NCBI GenBank assembly: GCA_013265495.1
Contig: MU057724.1
Coordinates: 1,627,102-1,691,101, forward strand
Reading direction: 5' to 3'
Length of the DNA: 64,000 nucleotides
Source: Vicugna vicugna
Taxonomy: Eukaryota
Shown here: one piece after another, positions 1-15,589 of the stretch
Numbering within the stretch: position 1 is the first letter of the stretch
Layout of the letters: each line of letters starts with the position of its first letter
Notes under the pieces: generated by a model
What the model was told of the DNA's origin: nothing
Seen by the model: the letters and a program-made list of their open reading frames with translations, nothing else
Databases searched by the model: none
Position numbers and translations under genes: made by a program

Positions 1-3000
1 TCTGAACATTACCAATAAACCAAAACGTCCAAGTATCTAAGGAACAGTCTGAAATAACGCTGAGTGCATGTTCATAGACAGCAGAACGACTCCAAGTATG
101 ACACCATTCTCTAAAAGGCGAAGCAGGGCTCCTCCAGGGGTAAAGCTGACAGAACACAGACAGCATCACTGAGCTTTTTCCAATGCAAACTGAGTTCTGT
201 GAAAAATAAGCCTGCAATTTAAAATAAAGTTAGGACACTAGATGGTGCCATCAATCAATAAAATCTGCTAAAATACACACTAAACTAACCCTGACTTTAA
301 TTTAAAATTTATTCCTCAACCAAGTTTGAGGAAGTCACGGCCGCTCCTGCTCACCCGCACCCCAGCGGTCACTCACACCGCAGGTCAACCTCACTAGTGA
401 ACAGGGTAGGTGTGCGTTGTAATAAAAATGCTCTAGTGCATTTACACATGTTAACAGGGCTCCTTAAGTTCTAATCTGGAAAAAGTAAATAAATGATGGA
501 AATAGAAGTGCGGCTTCCACTTCTGTCATCTGGCGCTGAGGTGCTGGGCTGTAATTCATTGGTCAGCTCACTGCCGGGAAGGAAAATGTTCACCTCACTG
601 TAGCTACATCAGAACTAAACAAAAAGACCGGCCTTGCTGAAGTTTCGGCCTGTCTACCCTCGTTCAGAATGGTACGCGGCACTTAATGAACAGATAATAC
701 ATGTCAGCCGCTGTTATTTTTATCATCTCATTACTGTTTCCAGGATTCACATCATGACTCATTTATAGGAAAAATTACAGAACAACGGTCCTCCATTCAA
801 ATAGAATGAAAGTCTTCAATAAATCGGACTACACTACACTCACGTGGCTGACAGGACAGTATTTCCAGAATCAGGTGAAGCTCCTTGGCAGGGGAGAGGA
901 GGCAGGAGCTACTGCCTTACCAGTGAACAGCGCAGCCCAAAGCATGCATTCTAGGGCGCCCAGTCTGCTACACACACGCGTATACATGTTACGTAAGTAC
1001 ACAAATGGAGCCATGAATAACTGCTATGCAAATTACCAACTTCCCTGCAAAATATTCAGAGCGTAAAGGTTTACAATTCAGCCTCCTTTAACTGACTCAC
1101 TCTTCCAGATAAACACAGCCTGAGAGATTATTCTGCTTGCTGTCCAAGCACAAATACTGATTTATATAATGTGGCCTTCCCCCGACTTCTCCTTCCCTCA
1201 TGAAAGCCGGATACCAAAGGCCCACTTTAAAACTGAGGCCCAAAGGCCCGTCTCTATCAGAGTGGGCTAAAACAGCACCATCTGGAGTGTCCACGTGAAG
1301 GGTAAAGCAGGGCTCGGCAAGTGGGGACAGCGGCGACACAGCCGGCGCCGGTCTGTGCAGACGGAGTGTCACTGGGGCCCCTAGGCCCGCCCCTGCCGTG
1401 ATGCCCGCAGCCGCCTGCGCCCACTTAGCTCAGGGAGCCTGAAACGTGTAATCTCTATCCTGCACGGGAAAGGCCTGCCAGCGTTCTAGAGCACCTGTGG
1501 AATCAGAGGTCAGTTTTATGAGGGAACCTCAGTGACTCTGGAATGCAAACACACAAGAGAACTCTCCCTTCCCTGCTACCCCCACGCAGAGTAAATTCAG
1601 AGCCGCCTCTTCAGACACTTCATTTGCTGATATAGGACTAAGACACACAAAGTTTCAAAGTCCATGCATTATAATAAGGATATTTTCTCTGAAAGAAGAA
1701 ATAGTACTTTCAAGACACAGGAACCAAGCTTGCTTTTATAAAGCATACACAAAAAAAAGCATGCACTCGTATTTTTTAAAGGTCATCTTACATTATATAT
1801 TCTATATTAGAATATGCAAGGAGTAGCTTTTGAATCTTTTCCCACCTACTATATTTGGGAGTCCACTATGATCTCCAATAGGAGAAATAGTAAGAAAACT
1901 TTCAAGATGCAGTTTAAATGATGAACGACATGACAATACTTTTGAAAAAGGAACTGATAAAAAAAGATCCAAGCCAATGGAGTAAGACTGGAACAGTGTT
2001 AGGTTTTAGCTATCCAATCCCTTAATGTTACACATAATCACGGATACTCTGGTACTAAGGAATATATTAACAACAATTTATCTTCCAGAGCTACTTTATA
2101 TTTTATTAATTAAAATATGTATTTTGATGATCTGTACACATTTAAATATAATAAAACTGCTTAGGAATGGAATTTTTAAAATCACTTTGCACAGCAAGTT
2201 TTTTAAGTCTAAAAACTGAAAGTAACTAGAAACATTATCCACAAATGCCAAGAAAAATTGCAAAGAAATTATCAAAACACAAGATAGGAAGAAACTACTG
2301 TATCTTCGTAATTTCTGTCACAAAAACCAAATGATGTAAAATGACCCAAAAAGGAGCCCGTTAAATGATTCATCAACTGCAATTATTTAACCTCCAGCCA
2401 ACTCACTCTTTATGCAGAACAGAGCATTTCCCAGGCCCTACGACCCTCATGTGCAAGATAACTCTGTAATCTGAACTATGTAACCACCATTTCAGAAACT
2501 ACTTGAAAACCAGAGTAGGTAACATTTCTAGGAGTGTATTTTTTCAGAGTAATTTATTGACATGAGAATCTGTTTTAAAGGTAAGTTGCAACACTTCAGA
2601 AATAATCATCCTATGAAGTCTGACTACTTTAACTAAAATAACAAGACCATTAAAAAGTATAAAGAAACATTTAGACCAGTCATATCACCGTATTTGATGA
2701 CTCACCACTTTATGGATAACAAATCTGTACAACACAGAAACAGCAAAACTCAAGAAACACAAGCCAAGGACATCTGATCACTTTACAATGACATGAAAAC
2801 AACTTCCGAAAAATTTTAAAAATTGAGACACTTCTAGATAGCCTGCAAACTCATCTGTGTTATGGTTACTTAATATTTAGGTTACATCCACACAGAAGAC
2901 TTTAAATAATGACGTAGTTTACTGTTTGCCAGGACCGGGACCACGGGTCTATAAGCCGTAAACTGGCTCCACGGATACTTGCGAAGAAGTGCCTCAGTGA

Positions 3001-4820
3001 TTCAGAGTCCTTCCTCGGGTCTGTTCTGCCTGACTCATGACCCAAAGCTACACTACCTGAGTCTTTCTCGTGTCAGTACCAGAAATACAGTATTAGCTAA
3101 TATATGGCAGAGCTCAAGATAGACCCTACACATTTACTTTTACTAATACTACTTCCATATTTGCTAAGCCTAATTGTATTCAGAAGATCCTTACATGTAC
3201 ATTAATTTTCAGCATCAAATTTTAAAAATGGAAATTCAACAAATTCAACAAAATTCCATTGTTTTGATAAGTAACATTAAAAAAGCCATGCCCACAACTA
3301 CTAATTAAAAGACAGACAGAAATGATAAAGACACAAAAGGAGCCTAACATTGAGTCCCAATTTCTTATAAAATTAACCTGAACTAAAAACTCTTATTTCT
3401 GTCAAATACTATGTTATTCTTGGAAACAGAATATGAACCAACACGGTAAGCATTTGAAAAACGATTCAAAATGCGAATTAAATGTTGATTATTTATTAAG
3501 ACAGAATAAATAAGATAAAGGGTGGTGTTCAGTAAACTGGTGAAGGAAATTCAAGTGGCTCAAACCCATTGAATTAATTGTAGAATAAAACAAAACCCGA
3601 GCACACCCAATCCCCCAGCTTGCTGACTTGAGGTCTTTAGCACCCGGTCACACACACTCCAGACGGACACAGACCCCCTCCCCTCTGCACTGCGGACTCT
3701 GTCACAGCTCAGTTCTGTTCTCCACCCACGGAGTCCATGGCCAGGGACAGATTCAAACTGGTCCGGCAAAGGAGACCGAAAGCAAAGGGCCAGGGAGGGG
3801 GACACGGGGGCGGGGAGGGGAAGGAGGCACTCAGAGGCCTTCCGGCCTCCTTCTTGGCACTTAACCCAAGCCTGGACTTCAGAAACAAGCCCCCAGCTCG
3901 GGTCCACCCCCAACCCAGGCCTCTCCCCTCCTTGGCCAAGGCAGAGACAGGAGAGGCAGGCTCACTCTCAAGAAGCCAGGTTGGAACTCTGGATGGCTTT
4001 TCGCACGAGAACTTTCTTATATAAAGTGACTAAGTTCTAATCTTGACTCCTATCCTTTTTAAGTCTTTCTCGCTTTGAAAACATGACTAATTGAGAGAGA
4101 AAAGCCCCATCCAAATTTTCCAGTTCCACCAGAGTTCACGGACTGGGGCAGAAGCAGCCCTTGCTCCAGCGTTATCACTGCTGGATTTTAGGGGCATTAC
4201 GCACCAGACAGACTTCCCTGCCAGCTCAAGGACTAAAGCCTGTGGACTATTTCTTCCAAGGGAAGTATGCGTTCATAACAATGGCTTTATAAGCAACTTT
4301 CCCAAACACAGCCCTCACAAGACATATCTATTTATTTCTATGGTAACTTCCTCTGGATATATTACTAAGTAATTGAATGTTTGCAAGACAGTCCTCTGTA
4401 TGCTAACAGGCATCACTCTTATGCTACAAATAAAGAAGGCAAACTATTAAACTACTATCCCAAGGGATAAACACAGTCGCTGAAAAGCATTCTAACGCCA
4501 AGTACATCTTTCCATTCTATCTTCAGAAAAGGTATTTATGTGATGTTTAATGAATGGACATTACCCTACGAGTAAAGTGATGGCAGCACATAATTAAAAG
4601 ATGCAAGTTATTTCATTTATTTACAATTTACTATATACTCACACAGAATAAAAATTATAGCACAGAGTAAGTTTTCTAACTTAAGTTTTTTTCTCTCACT
4701 TTATACGACACTGATTTTTGTTGCATTCAATTGAGTAATTCAGGGTCAAGGAATGACTACGTCACACACGTATCTTCTCATCAAGCACTTTCACATCAGA
4801 ACTGTAGGCACGAATACTTA

Positions 4821-4994
<174 letters not shown>

Positions 4995-7697
4995 TCATTT
5001 ATCTATCACAGGAGCATTTAAAGAGGGCTTGAAATATGTGAATGTCTGCTAGCCACAGACTTTAAAAGCTGTATGGAAATCTATTTACGTTGCTTAAAAA
5101 AAAAAACCAAAAACTTCTCTTGAGGCTATAGCTTATCTGTCAGGGCAATACTGCGAAAGAAATAATCACATTTGTGTATGAAGTTTAAGCTATTTACCAT
5201 AATGGTTTCCTGTATCATTTGTTTAAAACTCGTTAATTCTAACATGTCTGGAACATGGGCTGACCCAGGTACTGCATGTATCTCTCAGAGCACCCCCCGC
5301 CCAGGGCCGCCCACACTGTCTGCCTCTGGCGCCCCCGTGTCTAGGAGCATGTGGCCCCACCTGGCATAGCCAGCTGGTTTTACGCTCCTGTTCCAGCACA
5401 CTCCACACACCTCACTTGGTATCTCTTTTTGCACACAGCCAAGGATGAGCAACATTTCAGGAATGAGGAATAGGGGAGATGATCTTGGAACGCTCCTTTC
5501 CCCAGCCTGTACTGGCTGAGAATGTGACCAACAGGATTCAGGTGCACCCTGCTGGCCACAGCCCACCGGAAGGAACACACCATCTATCCAGCTACCCAGT
5601 TCTTCCCAAGCTTCTCAAAGTGGGCCAACCAGGTCTTCCACTCTACACTTCTTTTGAGATTGATCTCCCAGGAAAAAGTGTGTTTGTGTGAGGGTGTACA
5701 TGCGTTATTTTCCGTATCTGGTATGTACGTTGGGAGCGACTTAACTGGATGTGCCCTCCTGAATGCCATTAAAAATACAATACATACTGGAGTTCTAATG
5801 ACCTCCAAGAACTTTAAAATAACAAAAGATCAGTCTTCAAGTAACATATTTGAATGTACAGGGGGGCACATGAAAAAGCCGGTTTGTAATCTAGGAATTA
5901 CCTAATTATAAAAATTAAGCCAAAATGTTTAGATACTGTCTTCAAGCCAAGAGCAGATAAAGATAATGCTTTGACCCACCGTATTTTTACTGTACTTGAT
6001 TAGTATTATTAAAAAAAAAAACCTGATTCTACTTGAAAAATGTATTCAGATAGAAAGATTACATAAAAAAGTACTTGAGCCATCAAATCACAGACAGAAT
6101 TAACTTCCTTTGCAATGTTTTATACTTTTTAAAATAAGTTATTCTGACTGATATACTCTTAAATGTTTTGCATCTCATCTTTTGTTTCCTTACTGTCAAA
6201 GTTTTGGTCTTCATCTGAAAACTGGAACATCCATCCAATATCATTTAAGATGTCTTATAATTTCTTGTTATTACCAAAGATAAACTGACAAAAACTAAAA
6301 GTTCCTTTTTTCAAAATATAAATGAAAATGGCAAAAAAAATAAACTTAGAGAAACACACACAGTGATGTCACTTTTTAATTTAGTATTAAGTCTGAGTAT
6401 TTTGAAAACTTGAATTTCCACAAGGAAACAGAAAATGTTATCAGGAAACACTGGGTAGTTTTCCTCATCTAAAAACCTTAAATTACATGACAATTACTTA
6501 ACATTATATACATAGTAAGGAAAATATTGCTCTAGGAAATGAATCTGATTTCTCTTTCACCCCTTTATGGTAATCCATTGAATGTTAACCGTAACAGACT
6601 TCTACATTCTCATTAACCATTAAGAATCTAAGCTATGCTAATCAACCATTTTGAAAACAACAGTAGAGCTATAAGAATAAGAGATCAATAAAAAGGTCAA
6701 TATTGCTGGAGCTGAAGTTTCAGTGGGACTGAGGAGACAAGCACGAGAATAAAGGTGCCAAGTACAGAAGCCAGAAATCAAGGCTCGTGTTCAGTACTTC
6801 ACATTGCCTGCCTAACAGAGAGAGCCTGGCCTTCCGCGTGCTAAGTCAAAAAGCCACACAGGCTGTTTTTCACTAAGAGGCCACTACTCTCATTTTCTTT
6901 TCCTTGCTTTCTGCTTACATAATATCTAAAAGCAAAGTGGCAACTTTTGGCAATAAGACTTAACGTTACTAAGAAATTTTTTCTTAAAGACTGTTTTTCA
7001 CATCACCTTGACACAAAATAGTTTCATTAACATACAGTGGATCTGACAATATCATAAACACATGTACAATAAATATACTATGCATTAATTTCTAGTGCAA
7101 ACACCATTTCTGATTTTTAATGGATAGAACCCTTTAAGGTTAGAATAACATGGAGACATCTTTAATTGTCACTAATAAACTGAAGAGTAATTAGCATACT
7201 GAAAATAATAAATTGAAAAGAAGGCAGAACTTAAATGGCAATGTCACCAATAGTTCATTTATTCAGAATGTGATAAACAAGTAGAAAACATCAAGTATAT
7301 GATAAAAATGCAGTGTGATGCTGCTTATTACAACTCATACTTGACAACTGTATTGAACGGAACAGAAAAACCGTAGAAAACTAAAAAAGCACACACAGCT
7401 GCTTCCAAGGAAGGAGATTAAGAGGTCCGGGGTGGGAAGGAGACACTCTCACCACCACACCCTTTTGTCTAAATGGTGTCTTAACACATGCATGTAGAAC
7501 CTTTTCAACCAAAATAATGGGCTAGTCAAAGAAATTAAAAAAAAGGGTACAAGATTTTCAAATAAGTAAAATAAACAATATAAAATAATTCTAACAGAAA
7601 GATGTAAGCTTTTGCTGGAAAAGACAGCATCCAGAAGTGTTAAGATTCCCAGCACCACCTGACAGACAAATCGCGAATCTGACTACTGAACACATTC

Positions 7698-8105
7698 CAA
7701 AGTTATTTTTTATGTGCCAATGTAAAGAGATGTTCCTGTGAAAACAATAAAAGCGTATTTTTTGTCATACCAAGTTTTAAAAATGAAAGTACTAACAGTT
7801 GACCACTACCTTTAACAGCTAAATATTAGAGAGAAAGCAGAAACTTACACAGAAGTCAAAGTTTATTAAGAAAAATACAGTTATCAGAAACACCTAGGCA
7901 ACTGCAAAGTTATTTTTTATGTGCCAATGTAAAGAGATGCTCCTGTGAAAACAATAAAAGCATATTTTTTGTCATACCAAGTTAAAAATGAAAGTACTAA
8001 CAGTTGACCACTACCTTTAACAGCCAAATATTAGAGAGGAAGCAGAAACTTACACAGAGGTCAAAGTTTATTAAGAAAAATACAGTTATCAGAAACACCT
8101 AGGCA
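7698..8105 (+). repeat. Tandem duplication of ~200 bp (7698-7900 and 7905-8105, with an ACTG spacer)
   Basis: CAAAGTTATTTTTTATGTGCCAATG...CACCTAGGCA occurs twice, with 5 substitutions and one 2-bp indel by eye. Confidence 0.97.
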
Positions 8106-11100
8106 TCCTACATAATATTAGAAGTGACTTCTAAGACTAGGAAAAGCCCATTTATTAAGAACGACAAGTACAAAAAAAATCCAATATAATAATAAAACAT
8201 AAAGCCTGTTTTCCTTTTGTAGGAGTTGGATCTAATCCAGCTCACTTTCCACCTACCGGTCAGTCAATAACCTGAGCTTATACAGAAAGGTCAGTGATTA
8301 ATCAGATTTAGGTATCCATACGCAACACCTCCATTCCTCACTTCCATCCACGTGGACCCCACGTGATGCCCAGCACTCCATCCCCTAGCCCGCAGGCCTG
8401 GGGAGGTCTGGGAGTGGTGGCCTGCGGCAGGCCGGGAGCCTGGTTGCTGCGCAGGCCCGAGGACGACCAGGGCCTCCCGTCCCGCGTGGGGTGCTCACCT
8501 GCAGGGCACAGCCACAGGCAGAAAGCACTGCATAGGACACAGCAAACCTACGGACACAGAGGGCCGACTGTGTATGTAAAAACACCTTCAAATAAGTTAC
8601 AATACTTTATTACTAATTTTAGTTGATAAAATAAGGGATCTTTGGGAAGATTTACAAGTAGCTTTGTAAGAATTCAGAGACAGTAACAGGTGAAACACAG
8701 ACAAGAACAGGTTTCATTCTTTCTTTTGGTGAACACCCTGGGGCATAATGCAAAGACTTAAAAGAGTGCACAGGTAGATAAAGGGGAGAAACAGGAATCA
8801 GCAAAAGATCAAGTAAGCAGCAACTAGATAAAAAAAACCATCTATTGCATTGCCACTTAGTAAGATATAATTATTTTCTTAAGGTTTCTTACGGTTTCTC
8901 CATCTATTGTATCACACTAAAAAAGCACATTAACAGGAGACAAACACTGTCAGCACTCACTGAATCTTGCCGTATCAGCGTGGAGTTCCTTGGCTGAACA
9001 CACCTGAGACTGGAGACTTGATCTCTGTTCTCTAGGTGTAGCAGATGTCTCGTGAAGCAAGTCTTGGAATTTATCAGAAAGTTCCAGTCCCTCAGGCTTT
9101 TCTCAGCTTATGGGCATACGTGCTATTTCCTCGTACTACACCTGAGTCTTAGAAGTATGTTTACACAAATTGGAAAATGTTGGGTAAACAGTAACAGAGA
9201 AGGGACCAAGCCCCTAAGTAAACCACGTGTCTAAAATGTCAAAGCCACAATCAGCTCCTTTATACATTGCCACCCAATGAGCTGACAATATCCAAGTCTA
9301 TCCTGGCCCCAGCAACTTAATGGCTGTATCTCACACATCTACACTGGAATATTACCACAGCAAATTCAATACACTGAGAAAATGTGCTCAACTGTAACAG
9401 AACAGAGTTTCAATGTTAAACAGCTTGGGATCTTGATCCGAATTCTTTTAATGCAATCATTTCCTGTGAAAGACATTTCACCAGCTCTTTCATTCTACTG
9501 CATGTTCATGACTGAAGCATCTGAAAATATGATAAAAGTATGTATGATAAGTGTAGCTATGGTCCCAAACTTAAAAGGTTCACAAGTAAGACTGAGGCAA
9601 ATGATATATACAAAGCGTAAAAATGTGTATTTTTCATGTCTTGATATATATATATACTGGCAAAAAAAAAGTGTCAAATCTATTTTATCACAGAATGAAG
9701 CATTCGACAGAAGCAAATCCTACAGTTAAGTACATTCCATTCAAAATACATTTCCTGTTCATTTTAGCTGTCTTCTATAACTCTTTTAAAATGCAATATA
9801 TATTTCCCTTTACTTATTCTAAGAAAATTCTTCTGAATTCTGAATTCAAGTCCACTGTCATCCTTGTAAACATCATGCAAGTACTATGCAAAAATGGGGG
9901 TGTCCTCGGGGCTCCATACATTCTTCTTCAGTGAGGAGACAACTAGATGAAGTGGAGGAGAGGCAGGGAAGGAAACTCTTTCAAAGAATGCCTTTTGATT
10001 CTTTTGGATTTTTTAACCCTGTGAATATATTACCTCTTCCATAAAATATAATTAGAGAGAGAGAAGAGAGACCGATGTTCAGGGTTCTACCTTGAGTAAT
10101 TTTTGTAGAAGTACCTTCCACCAAAACGGAAGCCCAGGAGGGTTAAGCCAGTGTGCGCCGCCCCGCCCTGTGCGGGCCAGGGTGGGGAAGGGCAACCTGA
10201 GCCAGAGGCAGGCTGAGCCGCTGCAATCCTGCACACAGAGGAGAAGTGCAGGAAGCAGCATGTAACCAAGCCTCCCATCTGCTGGCCAGCTCGGAGGATC
10301 AAGAGTGTCCCGAGCTCAGCAGACAGACCTGGACCTGAAGGTCTGTCTACAGGGCACCTGAAGACAGCAGGAAGACCAGCCCTTCACCACAGGCTGCAGC
10401 CAAAGCAGCTTCTGTAAAAGGACAGAGAAAGTGTGTACAAAGGCAACACGAAAGAGAAGCGAAATCCAGGCCAGAATCTTTGCAGGCCAAAGGTATGGGA
10501 CAAGGATGGGCTGACCCTGCAGGAGCCACGCCTGGAGGAACAGCAAGCAGGCAGCGGACCTCGGGCTCTAAGCTGAGGAGCTCAGCCCAACACCCGGCTC
10601 AGCGCAGGGAAGGCTACGGGGAGAGAGACCACTCGGCCGGCACCAGCTCTAGAATCAACCACGGGAGCTGGAGATTCACATGTTATGTTACAGAGAGACA
10701 AATTCAGACAGGTTTTGTCATTTTCTGAAGTGTACAGCCAGTGCTTCTTATTTGCAGTAGTTTATGTGCTATACGGTCCAGAAAACACAAAATGGACAAA
10801 TGCTGACTCACTGCTACTGGGGAAACATGTACACACACACCCACACACACACCCACAACTAGATAATAATCCTAAATCCTAAAAACACACCCTGCTAGTC
10901 AGAACTGTTTCACAGAAGAGGAAGTGAGCCTGAGAAGTGTCAGGTGAGAACCAGGCCCGGCGCCGCCCCAAGCCCCCGGGCCCGGGCCCAGGAGGCAGAA
11001 CCGGCCCCACGCACCCTCTGGGACAGGCCCGCAGAGCCCCTCACTCGGCTCAGCCCCCACGTACGAGTGCCAACGAGTACCGACGCGAGGGTTACAAATG

Positions 11101-11934
11101 AATCTTAGACAGCAGGCGAATTCGCAAACACAGTTCAATGGTTTTTGGTTCGTGGATGATCCGGCTTGGAGAGTTAAGCCTCAAGGTAAAACTCAAGACG
11201 AGACTTTTCACAGCACTGAGGGAAGTGCCTTTCAACCTCAAGGAAGAGTATGAGGAAATGTAACCAGAAGAAATGACTATGAAACTTTGTAAAATTTCTA
11301 AAACTTGTACCATTCCCTAATATTTGATATTTTCACTACTTACTACTTGCTGCCCTGTAATAATCAGCAAAAACACAAAATCACCTGCAGACAGACCTCC
11401 AGAGGCAGCAGCAATGGAGGAGACGGTTGTTAGTAAGGATTTCCACTCCACAACCAGAAGCGAGAGGGAAAATGCTGAGATATAAATGATGGTGGCAACT
11501 CTGCAAAGGGTACGTGGGCAGACACAAGATGCACAAAAACCTAACTTGGACTACGAAGTAACAGTTTAAACAGTAAGGAGCTTTATCGATTTCAGAAAAT
11601 GCTAGCAGCCTAAATAGAAGGGTTCTTTTTAAAGCACATTTGCTCAGAGCCCCACATAAAGCACATACCAAGAACAGTCTCTGTAATTCCTAAAAAGACA
11701 AAAGAAAATCTCCTCGAAAATAAATTTTAAGAAGTAAGGTTAAAGGACAGTGGGGAAACTGACATTTGGCTTAATGCAGAGAAGATAAGCTACCTCAGTG
11801 AGAAGCCTGGAAACCTGCAGAAAGTGTTCTGTCTTACCAAAAAAAGATGGGGGGAGGGGGCAGAAGACCATTCTGGATCTCCCTCATTCTCTGGCCCGAA
11901 GTGAGCCAAGAGTTTTCCAAAGGAGGTGCTGAAG

Positions 11935-12780
11935 ACTATGAAAAGATATCTGAAAATCCTATTTCCAATAAAGGGCTTGCATTTGAATATATAAAGATCA
12001 CGTACAACTCAGTGGTAACACCAACAACTTAAAAATGAATAGACATTTCACCAAAAAGCACAGAACAGATACTCCACATCACTAGTCACCAGGGAAGTGC
12101 AAGTTAAAACCACAAGATACCACTTCATACCCACTAAGATGGCTATTAAAAAAAAGCGACAGTGAGGATGTGAGAAACTGGAATCTCACACATTGTTGGT
12201 GGGAATACAAAACAGTACAGCCTCTCTACTGTTTGGCAATTCCTTAAAAAGTTAAACATAAACTTACCATCTAGCCTGGCAATCTCACCCCTAGGAGTCC
12301 ACTCACAAGAAATCAAAGTGGTTTGCCTATAGCAAGAGTTGTATGTGAACATTCACAGCACCAGCATCCAAAGTAGCCTTTAAGTAGTGAAAGGACATAT
12401 GAAATGTGGGAAACCCAAAATGGAATATTACTCAGCCAGAAAAAGGAGGGGAGAACTAGTGCATGCTATAGCATGGATGAATTTTGAAGACAATGCTAAG
12501 GAAAGAAACCAGACACAAAAAACCCTATACTGCACAACTCCATTCACACGAAATGTACAGAAAAGGTAAATCTACAGAGAGAGAGAAACAGGTGAGTGGT
12601 TGGAGTGGCTGCCAGGGCCAGGTGGGGACAGGGGGGTGGATGCAGCTGGGCCTGGGGTCTCGATGGGGCAATGGGAGTGTTTTCAAACTGGATTCCAGTA
12701 ATGCCTGCACAACCCGCAAACAGACTAAAACTGATTTGCCAAGTTAAAATCAGTGAAATTTATGGTACAAAAATTATTCC
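11935..12780 (+). mobile_element. Old LINE-1 (L1M-type) 3' fragment
   Basis: Typical ORF2-end and 3'UTR phrases: AATAGACATTTCACCAAA, AAAACCACAAGATACCACTTCATACCCACT, CATTGTTGGTGGGAAT, ATGGAATATTACTCAGC. Confidence 0.85.
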
Positions 12781-15589
12781 TCATCAAAGGGAGGAAGAGG
12801 GCTAAAATGAGAGAGAAAACATGAGTGTCTGAGGTCAAAGGCAATACAAGTGTAGCTCAATAACCAAATACCATTTAATGTCCTGTGGTCAAGGAAAGAG
12901 CAGAGACCAAACCTGACGGCCACACGTAGCTTAACCAGCTCATTCGGACCACAGAGCACCTGAAGGCACTGATGCACGTCGGCAGCATGTTTCTGGTTAA
13001 GCCACAGGCTTGTCAGCTGTCTGACCTTTAGAAACGACGGCTGCAGTGCTGACGTGGTGACGGGGGTCTGCGGGGAGGACGGCCTCCACAGTCACTCCTG
13101 TTAACTCAGGATCTAGGCAAGAGACTAAGAAAGTCATTCAGCTGGATGAACCTTGGTATCTAGGAAACCAGGGTGAGTCCCTCAGCAAAACGATTGGAAT
13201 GCAGAACCACCCCTATCTGAGCCAGAAAGAGCCTCAGAGTAACTTGCCCTCACGTTCTGATGTCTAATGGGAGTGTAGGAGGCCTTGTTCCACACCCTAG
13301 TCTTCAGTGGGGTCCCTGAGGTGGAAGACAGCACTGAGAGGAGGAGGAGGCACTGAGGACCCGATTCGCTGTGAAAATCCATAGCTTTAAGGAGAAGTGA
13401 CTGGAAGAATTTATCCTCAATTGTGAACAGAACAAGCTGTCTGAAGTGAGGCATATTCGAAGACGGGGAGATCATTTTCCAGGTGTAGGGAAAAATAAAT
13501 TCCATCTGTGAAAAATTGTCTCAAGTGTCAAGTGTCTTTAATCACAAGAAATTCCCTGAGGTTTAGGATAAAGCTTTCTTCCCTCAAGGCTGAGGCCCAC
13601 CCTCTCCAGGTGCCTGTGGAGCGAGTGGTGGCCGAGCTCCCTCCAGGGGCCTCCTCCTCGCCTGCGGCACCAACCTCGCACCAGCCTCGGGAGCCCTGCC
13701 CTCCCCGCCTGCCTAGACTCTGAAGAGGCCCGCAGCCTACTGTGGAGCGTCTGTCACCCCATCCTGTGACCAGAAGGGGTCAGGGCTGAGAGCCACAGCG
13801 CAGAGCGACTTAACAAGGAGAGAACTGCTGTCAGTCAGGTCACTGGACGCCCCGGTCCCAAGCCTGATGCACCAAACTCAGGATAATTACAGGGAACACG
13901 TAAGCATCCTTCTTTGGAGCTGGTTCTAAGTGATTTTTACAGATGCACCCTCCCCTCCTTGACTTAATTAAATGCTCATGAAAAACAAACCAAAAAGGGG
14001 AGTGGGAGAAAAAAGATTAGGCTTCCTCAGAAGATTTACTAGCTGAAATCCTAGTTTTACAGACTGTTCTTCCCGCCTCTCCATTTTTAAAAAGCTTTTC
14101 ATCTTTCTCATCGAACGAGGATATCCCATCAAGGGGAGAGGAATTCTACTTGGCCTTGACTACAGGACCACATAGAGAAAAATCTGGACTAACATCCAGT
14201 AACTGCAGGCACACGTGTAACTGAAGACCTGGGACTCCCAGGGGCTGGTGACAGGAGGAAGTACATCACCCCCATGGGGCATTCCCTCGAGGGTCTGTTT
14301 CCCTGCACTGCCTTCGGGTCTAGAGTAGAAAGCATTCAAGATACAGTGAAGTTTGAGGTCGGCCTACAAACATATCTGGTCCCAGGAACCTGATTTCTTG
14401 GGGACTGGGACTAAGGAATGGCATTTAAGAGGGCGACCTCACTGCTAGTAAGATTGCTAATTATGACCCCTCTTCTCCTCCGCCAGGCCTCTGGCTAAAC
14501 TGCTCCCTCAGCAGGAGCCAGCTGACAGGCTGAGGAGGGGAAGACAGAACGTGTGCTCTGAGGCTGGCCAGACATGGTCTGAGGCCTGGACTCATGTCTT
14601 AAGTAACCAGAGCCAGTCAAGAAATGCACTGGTTCGAGGAAGGTAACTCCTGCTTTGGAAAAGAGGCTCTCTCCCTGCTCCTTCCACTAAGTCCCTCTGT
14701 GCTGGAGACCTCTCAGACTCTAGAGATTCCTTTTTCAGAGAGGATCTAATGATGGAAGTGAAATTTTTGGGATTCCCAACCTGTGGAGAAAGTCCTATCT
14801 CAGGATGAGCAAGAGCATCAAATTTAATGTGCGCTGTCAGTGTGAGCTAATGATAACCAACACCACTTCTCCAAGACATACTCTGCTCCAGGCAGTGTTA
14901 AACTTCTCTCTCGGCAAAAGCTAACTCTGTTGCCGTTTCTGACCAGTTCTCGGCATCAGGAACTGACTCAGTTGTGGGATAAAAGGGCTCTGTGTTTTTT
15001 TAAGTGACACGATTGCAGGTTCCAGACCAGGAGAGAAAGGAAGGAGGGAGCCAGTGCGCAGGAAAGAGGAATTTCAGGCCTGAAAATGCCTAAGTCATAT
15101 GATGTGACCACATAATTACTGCCCAAACTGGAACACTTTGGGAAAGAAAAGGACATTTTTAGTACTGATGCCAGGACAACCGGGAAAAACTAGAACTATC
15201 CAGCATCCTGGGGTACAGAGGCATCCACCAGGGTGCAGCCATTTCTCTATTTCAAGTCCTCCAGTGATTCCCCGCTACTTCAGAGTGAATTTTAAGCCAG
15301 TCTCATCCCTGCATCTTGGGTGCACTCCTCAACTGCAGCACGTATCGCAGTGGACAAGAACTGCTGGCTTGCCAGCGTCTCCCCATGCCCACTGGTCTGA
15401 CTCACGGGCAGCAGTCCGTGTTACAGGCCTTAGTGCCTGTTACAGAGCAGCACTCAGGAGATACTGAGTGGCCGAGGGAACAAAATTCATGGCTGCTCAT
15501 CCCCCACCCAGCATCATGTCTTACAGCAGACTTCCCTCCAGGCAAGCTCTGTCCACCCACAGACCCCACGTCCCCGCTGTCATTTCCCA

